A DNA stretch of 50,664 nt, taken from Girardia tigrina. Lineage: Eukaryota. This document shows, piece by piece, positions 1-11,808 of this stretch (within the stretch, counting starts at the first letter, position 1; each line of letters opens with the position of its first letter). Both the position numbers and the translations under genes were made by a program. The stretch lies in NCBI GenBank assembly GCA_001938485.1, contig MQRK01223938.1:38233-88896 (forward strand), in the 5' to 3' direction. The notes under the pieces are model-generated. The model saw only the letters and a program-made list of their open reading frames with translations. It made no database searches and was not told where the DNA came from.

Positions 1-110
1 TACGTGTTAATATATGTAAAATTTTAAATTGTAATAAATGTTATTTTTCTGTTGTATATTCATTTTTTGAACTTTATGTCATTTTGTTCTCAAATAGCTG
101 CCGCACCCTG
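1..110. mobile_element. Probable end of a Tc1/mariner-type element
   Basis: Ends in ...ctgccgcaccctg|TA (reverse complement TA|CAGGGTGCGGCAG), a Tc1-like terminus; the rest lies outside the window. Confidence 0.35.
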
Positions 111-562
111 TATAAATAAAAAAGTGACCGAAATCTCATTAAAAATAGTTCTTAATATATATATTCATATTAATTGTACTACTTTTTTGCAATGAAAATA
201 ATTTGAGAAATTGAAATCTTTGACGTTTTTTCAATTTAGAAACAAAAGTTTGAAAAATTAATAACATCTAAAGGAAGAGAATCTGTTTTGTTTAGAACAA
301 TAGTTTATTATCCCTATAATAATTCGTCTCAAAAATATTTTGCTACTATTATGAAATATTATTTACTTATTTATCACTATATATTTATTTTATAAACTTG
401 ACTGACTATTTAAATAAAAAAATAATAATATTTTTTTTAAAAAAATATATTAATTTTATTAAATTTTTCTTATTTTTAATTTTTCTAATTAATTTAAATT
501 ATTTTAATAAAATATTTAATTGAAAATAATTATTTTAATGCACATTAAAACAAATTTATTAC

Positions 563-663
563 CGAGTGCGAATCGATATTCGATCCAGAATCCAGACAAA
601 AATCGTTGTAAAACCAATAATTATATGCTTCTGGAATAATTATTTGACGATTTTTGGAAAATT
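563..663 (-). CDS. DDR: DDR-like gene, juxtamembrane exon (KFSKNRQIIIPEAYNYWFYNDFCLDSGSNIDSHS)
   Basis: catttag| acceptor, TCG|gtaata donor; 101 nt, phase 1-0, in frame with the previous exon; higher GC than flanks. Confidence 0.72.
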
Positions 664-962
664 CTAAATGATTTAAATAATTAAAAATTCCTGAAAAAAT
701 ATATTAAGTAATTTATTATTTTAAATAATATTTGAAAATAATAACATTTAAAAATGAATCTTAACAAATCATTTGTCCAATAGTACAATAAAATATTAAA
801 TAATATTTCTTAAATTAAATATTTATTATTTATATTTGATAATTCATAACAAAACAAACAGAAATTAATTATTATTTATTCATGGTTAAAGAAAGAATAA
901 AAATAAAAAAAATTATACATATAATATAAATTAAAACATTTTTAATAAATTTCTAAAGTTAC

Positions 963-1041
963 TTTCTTCTAGAGTTTGTAATTTCGGACTCAACGTTGAT
1001 AAATTTGCGACTGGATAATAAAGAGTTTGGTTTTTCATATT
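963..1041 (-). CDS. DDR: DDR-like gene, juxtamembrane exon (NMKNQTLYYPVANLSTLSPKLQTLEE)
   Basis: Follows a 69-nt GT-AG intron; cattttag| acceptor, |gtaact donor; 79 nt, phase 0-1, open frame. Confidence 0.75.
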
Positions 1042-1110
1042 CTAAAATGATACAAAGATGAGTTGTTATATTATGTTAGCAAATCGATGGTTTCCCATAA
1101 TCTTATTTAC

Positions 1111-1352
1111 CTGATGTTGGAGCGTCAATATTCGATTATATTCCTCATCCTGGCTTTGCAAATGCATCGCTTTTTTGTACTTCCTTATTCTAGATTTACG
1201 TTTCCATTTAATAATAATTATTAAACATATCGCTAATATAAACAGAATGCCAAGGGAGATTGAAGAACTGAGGAAAATATCCGTGATTGTTATGGAATTC
1301 GATTTTATTATTGTTTTTGATATTGTGGAATACGTTTTTGTTGTTATTAAAG
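1111..1352 (-). CDS. DDR: DDR-like gene, transmembrane exon
   Basis: Acceptor atttttag|CT and donor CAG|gtaaat; 242 nt, phase 1-0. Encodes a Ser/Thr-rich stalk, hydrophobic IFLSSSISLGILFILAICLIIII, then basic stop-transfer KWKRKSRIRKYKK. Confidence 0.85.
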
Positions 1353-1464
1353 CTAAAAATTAATTCAAATAACAATATCTATAAATATATATATTGAAAC
1401 ATTATTTTCAATATTAAGGAAAAAAAAACAATGGCAATTTATACTCTTGATAAATAAAAATTGA

Positions 1465-2034
1465 ACGCCATTTTTCAAAATTTATTTTTTTGGTTTCGTA
1501 ATTAATTTCGGCGGATTACCCGCCATCTTCGGACTAATTTAACATTAGTTTTCACAGCTTATATTTGAGAATAATGATTATGTAATCAATTATACAATAA
1601 AGGGCGCTTTAAACATTTAAAATCATCAATTTTGAAAAGCTTGATTCCGAATATCATGAATCTAAAAATTATTTCACAATCATTTAAAATTCGTGATATG
1701 TTGAGCAATGAATCTCACACTCATCTCGGTAGTTGATCCGATCTTGTTTATGGTGGGTACTTGTAATGGGTGTAACGCCACATACGTTGGAGAGACATCT
1801 CGTCATCTCTGCAAACGGATCAAAGAGCATAGTCGATTGGATAATGGGAGCAATATTGCCGAACATAATTTAAAATGTAAAAAGAAAATCGAAGAAAATG
1901 ATTTTCAAATTCTGTGTAATCGATTTAAGAATTACTGGGAGAGAGTAACGTGTGAGGCCTTATTAATAAGATCCATGGATCCAAAAATTAATATTCAAGC
2001 TTCACACTCAACTTCTCTGTTAAACATTTTCAAC
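1465..2034 (+). mobile_element. Penelope-like element fragment: GIY-YIG endonuclease with inverted pseudo-LTR at the 5' side
   Basis: CNGCNATYVGETSRHLCKRIKEH...EALLIRSMDPKINIQ is a PLE GIY-YIG signature; an opposite-strand hammerhead motif lies at 1495-1537. Confidence 0.85.
1495..1537 (-). ncRNA. Minimal type I hammerhead ribozyme motif (degenerate)
   Basis: ttagt CCGAAGA T GGCGG-gtaat-CCGCC GAAA TTAA TT acgaa. Core has U4>C; perfect 5-bp helix II; palindromic helix III loop; followed by AATAAA and AAAATGGCG. Confidence 0.7.
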
Positions 2035-2152
2035 AGTCGGGATTTTGGCTGTCGGGATTTTGGTCTGTCGGGATTTTGGTCTGTCGGGATTTTGGTCTGT
2101 CGGGATTTTGGTCTGTCGGGATTTTGGTCTGTCGGGATTTTGACCCGCTCCC
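2035..2152. repeat. 16-bp tandem array (ctgtcgggattttggt, about 6-7 units) ending in gacccgctccc; probable MULE-type terminal repeat
   Basis: Units are directly visible. The reverse-complement terminus GGGAGCG also begins the array at 50173. Confidence 0.75.
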
Positions 2153-2339
2153 GTTTTAAAATACTTTATTGCGATTCGATAAATTGCCTTCAATATTTAA
2201 GTATGTTTTGTGCAACTTTATTATCAATGCCTTGCCATTACTTCCTTCATTACCCATGTCCGATTGAAATCATTATTATGACCATGATTTTGTAATTTGA
2301 TGATCTTGACATTTTGTAATGGTCATTATTAAGAACACC

Positions 2340-3207
2340 AACATGGGTTTTCGAACTTTTATTTTCAATACAATCAGAATTGTCTTTTGGACAACTCTCA
2401 GCAAAACTCTCGTTATTCGACATCGTTCTAAATTGATAACTTTTAGTTAATGTTTGTTAATAAACAATTATTCGAACAAATATTTCATTATTTTCAGATT
2501 TTATTTTTAAAGTTCAAATTTTGTAATTTTAGTATTAATTTTATTTACATATCAATTTTATTTAAAAATTATTTTATGCGTTCAAACTGATGTATCTGCT
2601 AAATTGATCGATTTTCGCTAGTATGTATTGATATCCATTAATATTTCTTTTAAAAGGTCCGCAGAAATCCATATATATTTTTTCGAATGGTTCATCAGCA
2701 GATTGTTTAATATGTTTCTCTTTTGTTTTTGTTGTTAAGGTCTTTCTTTTCTGACAATTCATACAACTTTGCACAATTTCCTTTACCGTTTTTCTCATAT
2801 CTTCCATATCGAAATCATCCTTCAAATAATTATAAACTTTCTTACTACCAGCGTGACACAGCATCTTGTATATTTCTTCCACGAATTCAGTAGTATATTC
2901 CTCACGAATTCCTCATGCATAGTTTGACATTGTACACACATTTCACAGGAATTTCTCGACATTGCATCGGCGTTAGAGTGTTTTTCACCTTTCCGGTATT
3001 CCATTGTCACATCCAACCCGCTTAGAAAATTTATCCAAGTTTGAAATTGCGCTGTACTTTAAAATGCAAATTATACTCGAATAATTATTTATTGTGAACA
3101 TCCAAAATATCAATTTTCCACCTTGGTGGGAGAAACACATTTCCAAATACTAAACGCAACAAACAAAATTCAACAAACCAATTTCAACATACCAAATTTA
3201 AAATATT
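2340..3207 (-). repeat. Dispersed repeat homologous to 20605-21100 (inverted), interrupted by a Gypsy fragment
   Basis: gctgtactttaaaat...agaaacacatttccaaatactaaac and tgtcttttggacaa...aataaacaattattcgaac match the reverse complement of 20605-21100. Confidence 0.65.
2575..3052 (-). mobile_element. Ty3/Gypsy pol fragment (end of RNase H plus integrase zinc-binding and core)
   Basis: MEYRKGEKHSNADAMSR; HAG...CMNCQKRK; PFEKIYMDFCGPF..YILAKIDQFSRY; frameshifted and truncated. Confidence 0.85.
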
Positions 3208-4609
3208 CCTCACGGTCATAAAGAAGATTTTAAAAAATTTGGTACAAATTATTAAAGATTATTAAAGAAGAGATATTAATCAAGCATCATAAGCGATACT
3301 TAATCGCGTAAGAGAAATAATCCCTTCACAATAAAGTATTTTAAATCTTTTTTTAATTGTACTTGATTTTCAACTTTAATTTTAATAAGACCACACAGGT
3401 TCTAAATTTCATGAATCAATGAAGGAAAAACCATACGTAAATTCAAAAAAGATATTTAGGTTTATATCTATAATTACGATTTTAAAAATTTTAAAAATAA
3501 GATTGTTGTCGTAAAAATTTACAAAAATGATTTGGCCAGAACTAAGACCTTCGCAGTGGATCATTTCTTTTGTTATCCGCCAGACCAAAAAGAAGCATTT
3601 GTCGCATGAATATTCGGTTAGAGAGTATATTTACAATCATCAAAAAATATTTTTAACTAATAAATTATTTCAATTGATATTCCCTTTATTATTCCTAATA
3701 AAAAGGTTTTGAAAGAGTTTTTTTAAAAAATGATATCAGGTTCATTTACATTAAAATGTTATTGATAATTTATAATATTTCATAGTTTCCAATTTAATAC
3801 TTCTTTCCAATGAGAATAAATGTCAATTTAAATGATTAATTCATTAATAATTATTGTCATGAAAAAATTATTTTTACTAAATTATTATCATTAAAATGAA
3901 CAATGAATTTTATTTTTCAAAATTTATTTATTCAAAATTATTTATTTTTATTATATAAAATATTTGATCATTATTTGTTTTGCGTTTTAATCAGTAAAAC
4001 TGAATTGTCGTTTTTATTCTTTTATTTCAAAACACATTTTTTTTTAATTTTCAAAGACAAATTTTTCTTTGATGATTTTCATAAATGACAAAAATATTAA
4101 TTTAATCAAAAATTATCTTTTAGTATGAAATTGTCGAAGAAAATGTCTTTGTAACCTTTCTTTAATGTATACTTTTTCGATGAAAATTCTCATCTTTTGC
4201 ATCAAAGATTATATTTGACAGGTTTTCCTTGATCTGATCATTAAATCTCTTCCCGAAATTATTTTTTTAATAATTTTTTGGTTTTTATTAAAACAAGGAA
4301 GATTTTGATGAATTTTAATTTATATTTTTTTAATAATTATTTTATATATAAATACATACATATATCAACATTTTATTTTATAAATAATTGATGATGTTAA
4401 TTAATTAATATTTGTCATGTTAAAGTTGAAAATAATAATTGATATGCAATATATTTAAATTTATTTAATTAAATACTATTTTTTTACAAAAGATACTATC
4501 GATTTTTATAATTATATAAAATTAAAATTTTAACAACATTTTCTTACAAATTTTATATTAATTAAATTTAAATTTATTTTATTTGAATTTTGATAACATA
4601 TTTTACATT

Positions 4610-5262
4610 GAAAAACACGGGGAAGAATGTAAAATAATAATTAGTCGTATATCTTACTTTTGGATTAATTTCAATTCAGACTTTTACGAAAATCAAAAAA
4701 AGTTATGATTTAATAATTTTTTTGAATTAATCTCTTCATCAGTTACATTCAAATTTTTTATTAATTTTGTCTTTTGATTTTAAATAAATTGACTCCACAG
4801 TATTTTTAATGATGTTATTTAAATATTTTTTATTATAACCATTATTACTAAGTCTATTATGGAGAGTATCAATTTCTTTATCAAAAATTTCAAAAGAAGT
4901 TAAACTCCAAACTCTATGCACTAGACCCTTAATCATATTTCTATTATATTTTGGGTCACAGAAACTACTCGGAGTACTGTAAAGACCAGTGTCCGTTGAT
5001 TTTCTGTAGAACCTGTCAAAAATCTATTCTGCTTCCTTTCAATCAAGACATCCAAAAACGATATTTTATTATTTCTTTCACTTTCGCAAGTAAAATTAAA
5101 TATCAGAAAAGTATCATTTACATACCTGGTATAGAAGATTGGTAATTAACCCGGAAAAATTTTAAATTTTTGCTCCAAATTTTGTAAGAAAATTGAAGAC
5201 ATTAACGGAGCCAATGGAGAACCCGTTGCAACTCCATCAATTTGCATATACCAATTGTAATG
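4610..5262 (-). mobile_element. Penelope-like element reverse transcriptase fragment
   Basis: YMQIDGVATGSPLAPLMSSIFL, RYVNDTF (YVDD variant) and MIKGLVHRVWSL..LSNNGY; contains stops and frameshifts. Confidence 0.85.
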
Positions 5263-5857
5263 AGAGTCTTTTGATCTAGATATACATTTTAGTTCATGTA
5301 CCGGCATGGATTTTTGCACTTTTTTATTTTTATGGTGTATATTCGGCTTAGTGACTCTTTTTGTGACATATTTATATTTTTTTTATTTTTATTTCGAGGC
5401 TCGACGAAAGAGAGTGTGACAACTTTTGTTTTTTTTGTGTACTCTCTGATTTTTTTTGTTGCTTAATGTTAATCTGATTTTTGGTTGATATTTTTTATGT
5501 CGATTTCGTTATATTATATTTTCGTTATCGGATTAACATTTTTAAACGATATTAAAACTATTTTTATTTTAACCAAGAATATTTAATGTAAATATTTAAA
5601 ATAAAATATAAAGTTTAAAGTTAGTTCAGATTGTAAGGAGGAATATTAAAGCATTGAGTGATGGAATTAAGTGCGAGCAATACTATTGATCGACATAGAG
5701 ATTATCCAAATTGTGAATGTAATAAATATTCTGTCTTAACAACATTTGTGCTTCAAAATTACCAATTGAGACACAAATATGTGACTGCCATTTTGAGAAA
5801 ATTTTATAATTTAAGTGGTTAGATGAAGCAATAATCATTAGTGCAATGTTAATTAAT

Positions 5858-6236
5858 TTTTTTTGTACCGTAGCCTTTGGGCCGTGGGTGCACTCAATTA
5901 TGCTTGGGTTTGCATATATATTTGAGTATCTCAGTAGGCAAGGAACGTAGTTGCGCCTATCTCCTCTCCAGGTATGGATGGCCGTTGGCTCCAAGGAGCT
6001 CATCCGCCCTTTGCTAGGTTTTGTTTTTCATCCTGCTCTGGGTGAGGCAGCCGGTTTAGTCGCCAACTATTCGATCATGGGACAGGTATTACAGGTTTAC
6101 ATGGTACCTGTAGCAGACAGATTGCGTGACCTGACCTGTAGTCAATGGCCCCACGATTTCCCTATCGGTCACTTAAATAAGTACTAACGCGGCTATTGAC
6201 TATGATAACTATTGACTATTGACTAATTAATTTAAT
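5858..6236 (+). mobile_element. SINE-like or 5'-truncated non-LTR retroelement 3' end
   Basis: GC-rich island ending in (CTATTGA)n tail repeats, flanked by the direct repeat caatgttaattaat at 5844-5857 and 6237-6250. Confidence 0.6.
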
Positions 6237-7786
6237 CAATGTTAATTAATGTTTTTAAAGGAAATTTAACATATTGTGTAACAGTTTGGCTGCAATTTCC
6301 TCCATCTAATTCTCTCTTTTTATGTAGTGTATTGAGGTTCATGTGTACACCTGCAAAGCTAGTAGAAGTATAACTAGTAAAGCATTGTGTGAAAAATGAA
6401 GGGGTACATTTTAAACATGTCCATTAACATTAAATTTTTGTAGAGTACTATTGTATAAAATATTTTTTCTTTAATTTGTGCAATGTGTTAGTTTTGTTTC
6501 TCAATTTAGTGTGATCACTTATTGTTAAATATAATTTCTCAAAGGGCGACAATTATGTCACATCCTCTTTTAAAAATAAATCACTACAAATAATATCTTG
6601 ATGTGCTTTACTGAAAGAAAAAAAACTATAAAATTATATATTATCAATCTATTTTATTTTATGCATATTTTAATGAAAAATAATTATTTTAAAGAATTAT
6701 TCTCCTAATCTTCATTTCGTATCATTTGTTATGGATAGGAAAATATTTCCCCAATTAATATATTTGAGTTATATATTCTTCAAACATCGATAATTATATA
6801 TTTCTCTCTTATACTAAGATAAAGTTGAGTCAAATTTGAGGGAAAATCATTTTTCTAAATCAACGGTTATCAATGGGATAATGCATTTAATTATGCAGTC
6901 AAAAAGGAGAAGACTTTCATTAAAAATGTAGTTATCGTTTTAGCTTGGCCTATTCGACATAATAAGAAGAGAGAAGAAGTAAACTAAAAGCTTTGAAAAT
7001 TATATGAACAACATAATACATTCATGTTATAAAACAAATTATATAAAACAAGAAACTTTTCAAATCTGAAAATTGTTATTTAAAGAAATAATTAATTAAT
7101 AATATTATTAATATTTATAAGAAAGGGTTTCATTTTTATTTTATGATATTTGAAAATCATGTTTGACAAATAAAAATATTAATAATATGTAAATAATTTT
7201 TATTTAAAGTTTAATAAATAAAAATTTCCAAAAAAATAATTTTTATTTCACTAATTTTGTAATATTCAAAAATTTCTTTGAGGTTTAAACTAAGATTTAA
7301 TTAACTTTTTATTTGGTTGACATTTTTGTTGATGTTATAAATACAATATGAATGTTATATAAATTTAATTATAAAATATAAATATTATAAATATTACCCG
7401 AACAATTTAGTTTATTTTACAAGAAGATTTTGTTTGATCTAAAACAATTATTTTTATAATATTTATATTTTATTTTTTCTTTGGAAAAGTTTTTATGGAA
7501 CTAATTAATAGACTTTGAAAATACTAAACGAAGTTCAGTCGACATTTCTTTGCTACTTGTTTTTATTTTAATTTTTTATTATTTTTTGTAAAAATGAAAC
7601 AAATTTGCTCAGTGTTATACTCTGACAACAGTTGGTGTTTGGTATGTGGATATATTTATTTTTTTATCTCTTTCACTAACTGTATAACCTTTGAATGTGT
7701 AATTTTTCTTCACTTGTACTCAGCTCATGTGCTTATTGGTTATTGTTTATTTTTATTTTTTTTATTCCGTAAACGAATTCAAACAA

Positions 7787-8123
7787 AATAATATTATTAA
7801 TAAAAAAAAATTTATATAAAAACAACCACGTTTTTCAAGCATTACCAATGCACTAAAAAGAGGAAAATAATTTTTTTCTAGACATGTGCGAAATTTTATA
7901 CCTAACCAAAAACGCGGGGCGGATTTCTGAATTACTGCTATTAGTAACTGCTATTTCCTNNNNNNNNNNNNNNNNNNNNNNNNNNNNNNNNNNNNNNNNN
8001 NNNNNNNNNGGTATAAAATTTCGCACATGTCTAGAAAAAAATTATTTTCCTCTTTTTAGTGCATTGGTAATGCTTGAAAAACGTGGTTGTTTTTATAAAA
8101 AAATTTTTTATTAATAATATTAT
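7787..8123. repeat. Long inverted repeat (MITE-like) spanning an assembly gap
   Basis: About 7787-7902 is the near-perfect reverse complement of 8010-8123; an N-gap lies in the middle. Confidence 0.6.
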
Positions 8124-9296
8124 TTAACAATTTTTGTTATCATTTAGGAATTCAAATCTTTCGATTGATTTCGAATAACAGAAATGATAATAAAACCAAA
8201 ATAACAAAGTTTTATTTTAATAAAAGCAAGTTTTATTTCAAAATAATTTTTGTACGTATTAATTAATATTATTGATTTTTTTCATAAAGTTAAAATTTTC
8301 ATAAAGTTAAATTATAGCATATGCGGTTTATGTAGAGCCGTAAATGTTTTAAAATATTGTATTGTCATCGGAAGCAAGCCTGTATAAAAAATTTCAGCTC
8401 AATTGGATGACTGAAAGTGGTCGAAAAATCAATCGCAAGATTTGTTCCAGACAGACAAACAGACAAGAAAGCAAGCTAATAAAAACATTGTTTAAAAAGA
8501 ATAAAATTCAGTTTCAATTTAATATAATTAAAAAATTTCTTTGCAATCTGAATCAGATGTTAGTTATCTATAATGAAGCTCTGATTTGTAAATTTCTTTT
8601 AAACTAGCATGTTTTGATAATTATTTTCTTTTTATAATTATTAAAAATTCATTTTCTTATAATTAAAAATTATAATTCAGACATACCATAGTAATATGGT
8701 ATGTTTGAATTTCAATTCAAAAAAAATTAATAAATCAATATGATTATTATGCTATTATTATTATTTATTTAAGCACTGGCGAGTAGCTAATTGTACTGAT
8801 TGTGTGTTTGGACATTAGTTGATATTTTAGGCAAAGATTGTAATACTTTATCCAAGGTCATCTAACAACTCCTGCAATTCAGTTCTAATACTGTAATAAC
8901 TCATTCAACGTTTATCAACGACATCAGTATTTCATCTGAATACTATAACATTTCATCCAACAACTATTAACGACACCGATTATTTTTACCCGAAAACATC
9001 CGAATTTTAATTCAGAACCAAATTACGATTAACTAGTAATTTACTTTAATTTTTGGCCAATAACTGTTATCTTGATTAAAGTTGAAAGTTTGAACTAGAA
9101 TTTCATATTTTTACCTGTTCGTTGTTTTGGTAATTATATAAACCAATACTAACCAGGTTCACCCAACAATATCAAGTTAGGTTAGCCTGATTAATTTGTT
9201 CACATTAGTAATAATAATTGATTTACTTGCTCGACGATTGGGGGGATTTGTTATTATTACACTCAGTAACAAAACGTTCTAAATACACAAGAAATG

Positions 9297-10374
9297 GGTT
9301 CCATGAAAAAATAGCAAAGGAAAAAACAACAGAAGAAAAAAACAGTACAACCAAAACTGCACATTAAAAAACAGTATAATGAAAAAAACAGCACAATTAA
9401 TTTTTTTACTAAATTATATAACATTCTTCTTGTTAATTAGATTCTTGTTAATTAAATTTCATATCCTCATAACTCATATCCTCCATGTGTTTATTTCCTT
9501 CTGCAGATAAAAAACCTGGCTACTTACAACAGGATGTTTGAGATCATGAAGGCACTACTGCCAAATTTGTCACCTCGGAAGATTCTGGTTGATTTTGAAA
9601 AGGCCTGCATCATTGATTGCCTTTCCAAACACTGAATTCAAAGGATGTTACTTTCATCTTTGTCAAAGCTTCATCAGAAAAATCAACACTGCTGGCTTGA
9701 AAATAGAGTTTGAGTCTGATATTGAAGTCAAGTTGATGCTAAAATCGTTGCCTGCCTTGGCATTTGTGCCAATGCAAGAAGTGAGAGCTGTGTTCGACAA
9801 ACTTGCAGCCACATTTCCAGATGAGGAAAGCTACAATGATATCCTCACCTACTTCTTTTCTATTTAAGTTGAGGGTGCAGCAGGACGAGAGCCACAATTT
9901 CCCATCAGTATCTGGAATCACTATGAAACTGCTGATGAACAATCACCAAAGACAACAAACTGCTGTGAAGGCTTCCACAATTCGCTTAATGTCATCTTCC
10001 ACTGCAGTCATCCAAGTGTCTGGTCTCTCTTTTCTGGTCTTCAGATTGACATGACCAACAGGAGGCTGATATTGATAAAAGCATAGGATGGTCAACCAGA
10101 AGTCATGAAGAAAAAGTATCAGCTACTTCATCAACAGGTTGCTGCTGCAGCTCAAGGATACCAAGCTGAAGAAGACAAGTTGAAGTATTTGCGAAGGATG
10201 GCTAATTTGCAGTGAGTAACATGTCAAAATTCAATACAAAATAAATGCTAGTTATATTAATTGTGCTGTTATTTCTATGTGCTGTTTTTTCACTATCCTG
10301 TTTTTTAATGTGTTGTTTTGGTTGTGCTGTTTTTTCTTGTGTTGTTTTTTCCTTTGTTGTTTCATCCGGTTACC
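9297..10374 (+). mobile_element. MULE (Mutator-like) element, internally deleted
   Basis: TIRs of about 120 bp built from short repeats; 8-9 bp TSD caagaaatg/caagacatg; transposase motifs ILVDFEKA, KGCYFHLCQS and PKTTNCCEGFHN; frameshifted. Confidence 0.85.
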
Positions 10375-11766
10375 AAGACATGTTTGTAACGGTTTAGCTG
10401 TTGAAAAGAAAATGCAAAATATTATGAACGAAGTTGACTTTTAATAGTTTATTTGAATGAGTTTTTACTATGAAGCATTAGAGTTAAATTTTTTAAATCA
10501 CATTTTGTTTATTTTTTTCTGTTATAATTTAATTTTGATTCAAAATTTTTATGGATTAATTGGATTTTAGGTAAAGTTTTATCCTTTAAAGTCATCTGTT
10601 AGAAACAAGAGGATGTATTGTTTTAATTTTTTTGCAAAAATTAAGTAAATAAAGAATAATTAGTAAAAGAGTTTAGTAAAAAATGTTAAATAATTTTGAA
10701 GAAATTTGATATTTTAGAAGTTCTTCTTGCTTACATTTTAGAAATATTATATATAGTTTGTTCGATTTAATAAAAGTGTAAATTAGTAAAAAATTATTTT
10801 GCTATTATTCCCTTAATATTTGACGTTTTATTTCTTCGACCTATAAATACGGTGATGTATATTTAAATTCAACCGGTACAAAACGTTTATGCATAAAATA
10901 ATTTTAAAATAAGATATAATATTTAATATTATGAGGAAATTTGATTTTAAACAAGCAAAACAAGGAATTATTTTTTCGTCAATCTAATAGTTACGAAAGT
11001 ATGTTTTAATAAAAAAAACTTACTGGAATCAAAGAAAAGTAAAAGTGATCTTTTCATAAAATAAGATAATTATGTGGATATATTTAAAGATTTTAGATTT
11101 TAACCAAACATTCGTTTCCTTATAATTCCTTTAAACAAAACAAATGTATCAATGTACTGAATTTGCTGTTTAATTTTGGTCTTCTTTTGACAAAAGCTGA
11201 AAAAAGCTGAACCTATCAATTGAGCTCAAAGTCTTTTTAATGTTGAAGAAAATAATGTAGAGAAAAGATAAAGAAAATAGAAATTGGGGTTTTGACGATT
11301 TAAATAGTGAATTGATGAAGAAAATAACTAATGATTATCTTGAAAGGAAGAAGCATAATTACCAATTGAGAGCGCTTAGATCGACGTAAACACTGATTAA
11401 TGACAGTAGAAATAAGTAAAGCCAAAACATGAGAACATATACTCACGTTTCTCAGAGAATGGTTGGTGGGAATGCTGAAAAGGGTCTCGTTCCTGTTTCC
11501 AATGATCCCTGTGTCATCAGATTATCTTTAAATAGATTTTGTTCCTTTGATCCTTTCAAGAAATATTTATAAACAAACTAAATTTTCTCAGTAAAAAATT
11601 AAAAATGGGAATTTAGAAATAAAAATGTAATATTAGTTTATTATAATTACAAAATAACATCTCATTTACTTCACAAAAAAATATTTTATTTCTCGTGTTG
11701 GTTATTTTGTAATGATTTAATTGAATAAATTAATTTTTTCTTTTATTGATAAAAATAAACATTTAC

Positions 11767-11808
11767 CTGTTGAAATTATTTCATTGTTTACAGTGTTCTC
11801 CAGAGATT
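11767..11808 (-). CDS. DDR: DDR-like gene, 42-nt extracellular stalk exon (ESLENTVNNEIIST)
   Basis: Strong acceptor ttttacaattttag| and donor ACAG|gtaaat; phase 1-1, joining the DS-like exon to the TM exon in frame. Confidence 0.75.

Noticed and set aside
180-270. Possible further DDR exon on the minus strand
   Set aside because: Weak donor, low-complexity translation and no kinase or juxtamembrane motif.
1175-1363. Plus-strand 62-aa ORF
   Set aside because: It is the antisense shadow of the DDR transmembrane exon.
1708-2295. 195-aa ORF as a novel GIY-YIG fusion protein
   Set aside because: It is a chance read-through from the PLE endonuclease into a 16-bp tandem array and unrelated repeat DNA.
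7787-8123. Hairpin RNA gene
   Set aside because: The arms flank an assembly gap; a MITE or an assembly artefact is more parsimonious.
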